Part shown: positions 28,840-33,467 of the stretch, piece by piece
Layout of the letters: each line of letters begins with the position of its first letter
Position numbering within the stretch: position 1 is the first letter of the stretch
Source: Planctomycetota bacterium
GTDB lineage: Bacteria > Planctomycetota > MHYJ01 > WSZJ01
Length of the DNA stretch: 33,467 bases
Assembly (NCBI GenBank): GCA_038060895.1
Contig: JBBTCT010000037.1
Location: forward strand, 1 to 33,467
Direction of reading: 5' to 3'
Notes under the pieces: model-generated
The model's database searches: none
What the model was told of the DNA's origin: nothing
The model's input: the letters and a program-made list of their open reading frames with translations, nothing else
Made by a program: the position numbers and the translations under genes

Positions 28840-28867
28840 TCAGACGCAGCGCGGCGGTCCCGGTTCC
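28840..28867 (-). promoter_or_regulatory. ECF-sigma-type promoter upstream of the VIT-vWA gene
   Basis: Minus strand GGAACC (28867-28862), 16-nt spacer, GTCTGA (28845-28840). This matches the RpoE-like GGAAC-N16/17-GTCTnA pattern and lies about 35 nt before the start codon. Confidence 0.7.
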
Positions 28868-29306
28868 AGAAAAAGCGGATCTTCATGCCGACTCTGGCGG
28901 AAAGGCCGTGGTGGAGCACGTGGCAGGCGGGGTCGTGGTTGCCGCAAGCACCGAAACTGCGACCCGCTAGTTGTCTTACGGGAACTTCGCATCCAGATAC
29001 CGCGTGAATTCCTCGGACCGATCGCCCCCGTCACCCCAGGAGAACGCATCAAAAAAATAGTCTTGGCCACAGCGCCAAGTTTTCAGCGTTTTGTTAAGGC
29101 CGGCCACTCCTCGCGTCCCCAGCGCGCGCTTTTGTCCTCGTTTCGCTAGCGGGCTCTCCGCTCCGGTCACTGGCTCGAACATCCCAGCCGCACCAGCAAG
29201 ATCTTCCGCACTTGCTCTTGCTAACGAAGGGGCGGAATGGCTCGCGATACCCCACTCTGACTGAGGGGCTGGTCCAAGAAAAAACCTCCGAAGGTCGATG
29301 AGAGTC

Positions 29307-29817
29307 CAGACCTCCGGGCATGGACGCCTTCCAAAGTTTCCGCTTTCTCACCTATCTCGGGTCTTCTACGGCGTAGCGCAGCCTGAGGTCGGTGCCCGGG
29401 AAGGGGACGGGCGTCTTGTTCAGCTCGGTGCAGAGTGCGGCGACGGCTTTGGTGCGGTGAGCCGAGCTCAGCGCCACGATTGTGAGGCGGAGTTCTTTGC
29501 CAGCTTCGGCGATGTCGGCTGCGGCTGCGAGTGCGGATTGTGAGCCTCCGCCATCCGGTCGCCGACCGCGTACTGCGCGATCGGGACGCCCGACACAACG
29601 ATCACGCGCTTCGTGCCCACCGTCATCGACAGAAAGCATCCGTTGATGGCGACGCATCCGGCCGACTGCGGGAAAGGGTCCGACTGACTCGCTGGTCCGC
29701 TCATCGGCGAACCGTAGGCCCGTCTCAGAAAAGCGGACCGGTTTGGCTGCGCACCCCGGGAGGACTAGCTCGAGTCAGTTTCCGAGGGAAAACGGGGCGT
29801 CCATGTCAGGAAGTCTG
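29307..29817 (-). mobile_element. Internally deleted IS derivative (non-autonomous, MITE-like)
   Basis: 22-bp terminal inverted repeats CAGACCTCCGGGCATGGACGCC (29307-29328) and GGCGTCCATGTCAGGAAGTCTG (29796-29817), 19 of 22 matching. Flanks GAGTC / GAATC. Contains two out-of-frame transposase-like fragments. Confidence 0.78.
29352..29704 (-). pseudogene. Transposase remnant: N-terminal and C-terminal fragments joined out of frame
   Basis: N-terminal-like VAIN......G.KRVIVVSG.PIAQYAVGDRMAEAH joins near 29540 to C-terminal-like QSALAAAADI.....ELRLTI.ALSSAHRTKAVAALCTELN.T...FPGTDLRLRYAV. I recall both as the ends of a large putative transposase family, and both lie inside the IRs. Confidence 0.68.
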
Positions 29818-29861
29818 GAATCAGGCCGATGAGATCGATTTCCAATTGCAAGAATTCCATT

Positions 29862-30209
29862 TCATTGACTGCCTTCTGAGGCACTGGAATTGTCACGGGA
29901 ACCGAATACCGAAGTCAGAACTAGCCATCCAACTAGTACCGCGTTCAATGTCCAAAAAAAGAAGCCTTTTGATTCAAACATACCATTTGCAATTATGGCA
30001 ATGCTAAGAAAGAGCGGCATCCAAGCCAATTGGAATAATTGAAGCTTCCGACCGCGAATGGCGAACCTGGCCAAGAGCGCTGCTGATAGACCAAATTCAA
30101 TAATTACGATCGGCCAATTCCGCCATTCTAGCCTCGACATATTGCCAAGCGCAACCGTCGCAAAGAGAATGCCTCCGACCAAACTTGCTCGTCTGTCACC
30201 CTCGTTCAT
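29862..30209 (-). CDS. Small integral membrane protein (about 4 TM)
   Basis: Four hydrophobic segments in 115 aa, AT-richer codons, GGGGG upstream of the ATG. Confidence 0.6.
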   Translation of the reverse strand: MNEGDRRASLVGGILFATVALGNMSRLEWRNWPIVIIEFGLSAALLARFAIRGRKLQLFQLAWMPLFLSIAIIANGMFESKGFFFWTLNAVLVGWLVLTSVFGSRDNSSASEGSQ

Positions 30210-30524
30210 GTGCCACCCCCTAGTTGCCTGCTGCTATCCACGCTACGGACGTTGCTGCAATCTGGCCAACATCTTCCGTTTCGCGACTATTTGGTCCAGC
30301 CTGCTTAGAGCCCATCTCGGTAGCAATCAATCGAAGAGCCCTGCTCCGCCCTGAATAGAGGTCGAGCAAGAGATGAAGCATGCCACGCAGTATTGTGCCT
30401 TATTCTCCCGCCGGATCAGAATCCGGCGGAAGTGATTCATCCAACTTTGCGTTCTCCCCACGACCCACCGTTAGCTTCCCCCCTTCCTTTGGACGGGAAT
30501 CGAATGGATCCTCGAGGATCGGAA

Positions 30525-31634
30525 CTAATGGGGGACAGGATACCAAACTCCAGGAGGGAAAGTCAGAATAATGATGTCTACTCCGCTGCAGCGATCCATG
30601 GCTTCAATGGTCTTTCCGGCGATTTGAATGCCGCCAGCCAAGAGCCCTGCAGGCAGAGTAAGTGCGGGTATCAGCGCAGCCGCGCCAACAACCACGGTCA
30701 GAATGTCCATACCAAGTGCAATGTCTCTAACCTGCTCCTTCTCCAGATGCCAGGACCATCCGTACCACCTACTCTTGATTGGATTCCAGCTGGGATAAGT
30801 AGAACCGGTTCCTCCTGCGGCGTCGCCGGTACCTCCATAAGGAGGCATCGGTTCGAGGGTCACGTCCCCCCCCCAGCCGTCATTGGGGTCATACCCAGGT
30901 TGACCTGGACCCGGTCGGATGGGTTCCTCCCACCACTTCTTTGGGGGCAATGGGATCGGAGGCACGGGTCCCGGCCAATCCCAGGCGTCGTCTCCAGGCT
31001 CGGTGGGCGGTTCCCACCAAGACCGTTCGTCTGCCCAAACGGGGTCATCCGGACTTGCGGGTCCAACTAGGTTGAGCGCGTCAGCGTGTTGTGCTGCCGA
31101 ATTGGCGATCCCGATCAGCGTCTGAAGCGGAACGAGGTCCTCGACCGCTATCCGAACTGCTAGCGCCGTGTCATTCTCAAGGTTCAATAGTCCATTCTTG
31201 AACCGTAGCACGGAGTTAACGCGATCCAGCAAAATCGGCAGGAGAAAGGCCAAATGAAAATTCACTTCTCCGAGCGCATTCAGGCGGCGCATCTCTGCAG
31301 GGAGGTCGGAGAGGATTGGAGGAAGGGGGGGAATCGAAGGAGAGAAACTGTCTAAGTGAGCTTTACGTTGAGCCGGACGATGATTCTTCATCGGTTCGTC
31401 GCGGAGGATTCTTGCCGCTTGCAATTGGTTCCAAGTTACCTCCATGGCCGATCTATGACGGACGTTTTGGGATGATGCTCGTGAATCGTTTGTCATTGGT
31501 AGCGCGTGCGGTGAACCAATTGAGTGGGGCGCTTGAATTCTGCTCTCACGGGCGGGAGTGATCCCACTTCTGCCGGTGCCGTGCGAGGACAGGACTTGAT
31601 TTAGCGACGCCTGCGGGTCGAGTGGTGTTTGCAT
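30525..31634 (-). CDS. Hypothetical protein with Trp/Pro-rich linker and C-terminal hydrophobic hairpin (true start probably downstream, e.g. ATG 31391 or 31292)
   Basis: Long open frame in AT-richer DNA. WWEPP..PG / WWEEP..PG repeats. C-terminal WYGWSW...VVVGAAALIPALTLPAGLLAGGI...SGVDII. Confidence 0.5.
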   Translation of the reverse strand: MQTPLDPQASLNQVLSSHGTGRSGITPARESRIQAPHSIGSPHALPMTNDSRASSQNVRHRSAMEVTWNQLQAARILRDEPMKNHRPAQRKAHLDSFSPSIPPLPPILSDLPAEMRRLNALGEVNFHLAFLLPILLDRVNSVLRFKNGLLNLENDTALAVRIAVEDLVPLQTLIGIANSAAQHADALNLVGPASPDDPVWADERSWWEPPTEPGDDAWDWPGPVPPIPLPPKKWWEEPIRPGPGQPGYDPNDGWGGDVTLEPMPPYGGTGDAAGGTGSTYPSWNPIKSRWYGWSWHLEKEQVRDIALGMDILTVVVGAAALIPALTLPAGLLAGGIQIAGKTIEAMDRCSGVDIIILTFPPGVWYPVPH

Positions 31635-31667
31635 GAGGTGCCTCTTGGTTGGCGGTTGAATTTGAAC

Positions 31668-32393
31668 TTACTTCCGTGCTCTCATCCTCACTTGCCAATC
31701 CAAAACAGTGTTCCAGAGGGTGTGAAACCGCGAGACTTGGACCTCCGGGCTTCTCACACCTTCGTCCATCGGGACGTTTCCATCCACCTGAGGCCCGCCT
31801 GGACCCACGGCCGCGACAAAGTCACAGACCGCTCGGTAATGATCCAGTTTGTTCGCTGCCCGCCACTCGCGGCTGAGGTACAGAAACGCTTCGCTCGGCA
31901 GGAACCTTCTGTGAGTCGGATCCTGAAATGCCCGGTTCGACCGCAGCGCTGGCACGATGACGGTCATGAGCCCGCCCGGCTTGAGGATGCGCCAGCACTC
32001 GTCGAAGAATGCGAAGAAGAGGTCGCGGTCGCCGGTTGAGGCGGGGACGTTGCGGTACTCGCCCTCGGGGGAAACGTAGACCATCGGGATGTGTTCGACG
32101 AAGTGCGAGCAGTGCAGCTCATCGACGGAGCTGTCGGCCCAGAGCCAAGGGAACTTCATCAAGTTCACGCGGTGCTTCGCGTCCGAGAACATGTCTACGC
32201 CCTCGAAGCCCTCGCGGCAGGACTGGCCGCAGGCGAGGTCGAGGCGTAGTTCGGGGGGAGGAGGGAAAACAACTTCGGGAGCAGCAGCTCCTGAGCCATT
32301 CGCTTCGCCAGCGGGCTGGCAGGCGGGATGGCGGGCAGGCGGGCCGGCTACATTGGACGCTCGGCTGGAGGGTGTGACTTGGCAATCTTGCAT
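31668..32393 (-). CDS. Class I SAM-dependent methyltransferase-like protein
   Basis: LRLDLACG, G..GVD, DSSVDE....HFVEHI, E.WRILKPGG...VIVP and DPTH. SD AAGGAG 6 nt before ATG 32393. Confidence 0.8.
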   Translation of the reverse strand: MQDCQVTPSSRASNVAGPPARHPACQPAGEANGSGAAAPEVVFPPPPELRLDLACGQSCREGFEGVDMFSDAKHRVNLMKFPWLWADSSVDELHCSHFVEHIPMVYVSPEGEYRNVPASTGDRDLFFAFFDECWRILKPGGLMTVIVPALRSNRAFQDPTHRRFLPSEAFLYLSREWRAANKLDHYRAVCDFVAAVGPGGPQVDGNVPMDEGVRSPEVQVSRFHTLWNTVLDWQVRMRARK

Positions 32394-32403
32394 CGATGGC
32401 TCC

Positions 32404-32823
32404 TTATCCGCACCAGACGCGGGAGACAACAGTGAAGTTCGTCTTGTTTCCTGCTTGCTCGACCGCGACAAGGCGAATGTGCGCTGCCGCGTTGCCCGTG
32501 ATCGGACCCATGACGACGTAACCGACGGCCGTGGACTGCCCTGCAGAGCCCAGGTTGAAGAAGTTCACGCCGTCGTCACTGACCTGCGCCTGGAAGGCAG
32601 TCTGGATCGCCCCCGCGGCCGCAATGGTCAGAATGATGAAGTCGAACGCGTTTCCGCCACGGGCCGAGAAGGGGCGGGATACCTGCGTACCGTTCGCGTC
32701 GAGCGCGAGCGTTTCCCAGACGACTTCCGTGAATCGCGCGCCGCTGCCGCACGGCGTCGCGGCGGAGGCGGATTCAGCCACGGGGACTGGCGAGCCTTCG
32801 CAAGAGCAACCGTTTCCGCTCAT
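32404..32823 (-). CDS. Hypothetical small beta-sandwich protein (phage-like)
   Basis: Beta-strand pattern with QVSDDGVNF and AAHIRLV. ATGA overlap with the upstream gene. Its stop overlaps the SD of the next gene. Confidence 0.6.
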   Translation of the reverse strand: MSGNGCSCEGSPVPVAESASAATPCGSGARFTEVVWETLALDANGTQVSRPFSARGGNAFDFIILTIAAAGAIQTAFQAQVSDDGVNFFNLGSAGQSTAVGYVVMGPITGNAAAHIRLVAVEQAGNKTNFTVVSRVWCG

Positions 32824-33170
32824 GACTGGCCTTCCTTTCTCTCGCTAGAGGAATCGCCGGCGGGGTTCGCGGCTTCGATCAGGAGCAGTTCGGCGATGAC
32901 GAGACGCGCCTTCTCCAGCCAGAGGCGGGCACGCAGCAAGGGATACCGCGTCGCGACTTCGCCGGACGAGGAATATCCGGGGCAGGTGCCCTGCCACGAC
33001 GCGATCTCGGACCAGTCCGAGCCCTCGCCGGAGCCTTGGAGTGCCACATGGAGCGTCCCGCGGACGGGGTTCAGGAGGATCATCTCCACGCGCACGGGGC
33101 CATCGCCCTTGCGGCGGATCGGCTTGGAGAAGCAGTCTCCGTCCTTGAACTCGAATCTGTGACGCTTCAT
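32820..33170 (-). CDS. Hypothetical small beta-sandwich protein, resembles the downstream gene
   Basis: LQGSGEGSDW, GY and YPLLRAR parallel the neighbour's motifs. Start at ATG 33170 after AGGAA. Confidence 0.55.
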   Translation of the reverse strand: MKRHRFEFKDGDCFSKPIRRKGDGPVRVEMILLNPVRGTLHVALQGSGEGSDWSEIASWQGTCPGYSSSGEVATRYPLLRARLWLEKARLVIAELLLIEAANPAGDSSSERKEGQS

Positions 33171-33297
33171 CAGTACACGATTCCTGTTCCCGGGTCGATG
33201 TGCCCGACGTTCACGCGGAAATCGACCGCGAGGCGCTTTCCCGCCTCGCGGGCCTCCTCGCAAAAGTAGACGCCGATAGCTGCGGGGTGACGCATCG

Positions 33298-33465
33298 TCA
33301 GACGCTCAGCCTCAGGAATTCGCGCTCTTCGGCGACGGTGCTCTTGCCGGCGCGGATCTTGGCGCGCAGCTCTTCAGTGCGCGAATTCTCCGGTGCCGTC
33401 GCGGGTTCCGGAGCCGAGAGCTTGCGGCCGTCCTTCGACATCCGGCACCCGAAGCCGCCGTCTTT
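33298..33465 (-). CDS. 3' end of a hypothetical protein cut by the window edge
   Basis: Open frame ending ...EELRAKIRAGKSTVAEEREFLRLSV-stop, with high GC3 and the same strand as the neighbours. Confidence 0.45.
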   Translation of the reverse strand, partial: KDGGFGCRMSKDGRKLSAPEPATAPENSRTEELRAKIRAGKSTVAEEREFLRLSV

Positions 33466-33467
33466 CC

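Noticed and set aside
28870-29300. Expected tRNA or att site at the island boundary, and short ORF 28976-29182
   Set aside because: No cloverleaf or T-loop with proper stems was found, and no direct-repeat partner is visible in the window. The ORF has no recognisable motif or SD.
30408-30520. 9-bp hairpin (30408-30429) and 14-bp palindrome GATCCTCGAGGATC (30507-30520)
   Set aside because: There is no U tract and both are short enough to be weak terminators or chance, so no function can be supported.

Overview
High-GC bacterial DNA, most consistent with a Planctomycetota genome (inferred from three Hanks-type kinases, a TPR plus twin RNAP alpha-CTD protein and a 'D.IYLKDG..IEG.I' secreted protein). 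The left part holds the prkA-yeaH-spoVR operon, a nitrilase-family hydrolase coupled to a membrane Ser/Thr kinase, der fused into a dppABC operon, the TPR/alpha-CTD protein, a prepilin peptidase, an OmpA/MotB-like lipoprotein and a metallophosphoesterase. The middle (16.2-28.9 kb, minus strand) is a signalling cluster. In transcription order it encodes a VIT-vWA protein behind an ECF-type promoter, a secreted protein with a degenerate trypsin/HtrA-like domain, a 1535-aa kinase-TPR-STAND-TPR protein, an ECF sigma factor, a zinc-finger anti-sigma ending in a dockerin, a cohesin-like lipoprotein and a cNMP-binding kinase. The sigma / anti-sigma-dockerin / cohesin-lipoprotein trio is the best candidate for an undescribed system. 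Two intergenic long inverted-repeat elements sit at 17.6 kb and 26.1-26.4 kb. The right end is accessory DNA: a 511-bp internally deleted IS with intact terminal inverted repeats, an AT-richer two-gene island and phage-like genes. I saw no rRNA, tRNA or CRISPR array. All family calls are by-eye motif recognition, not database searches.
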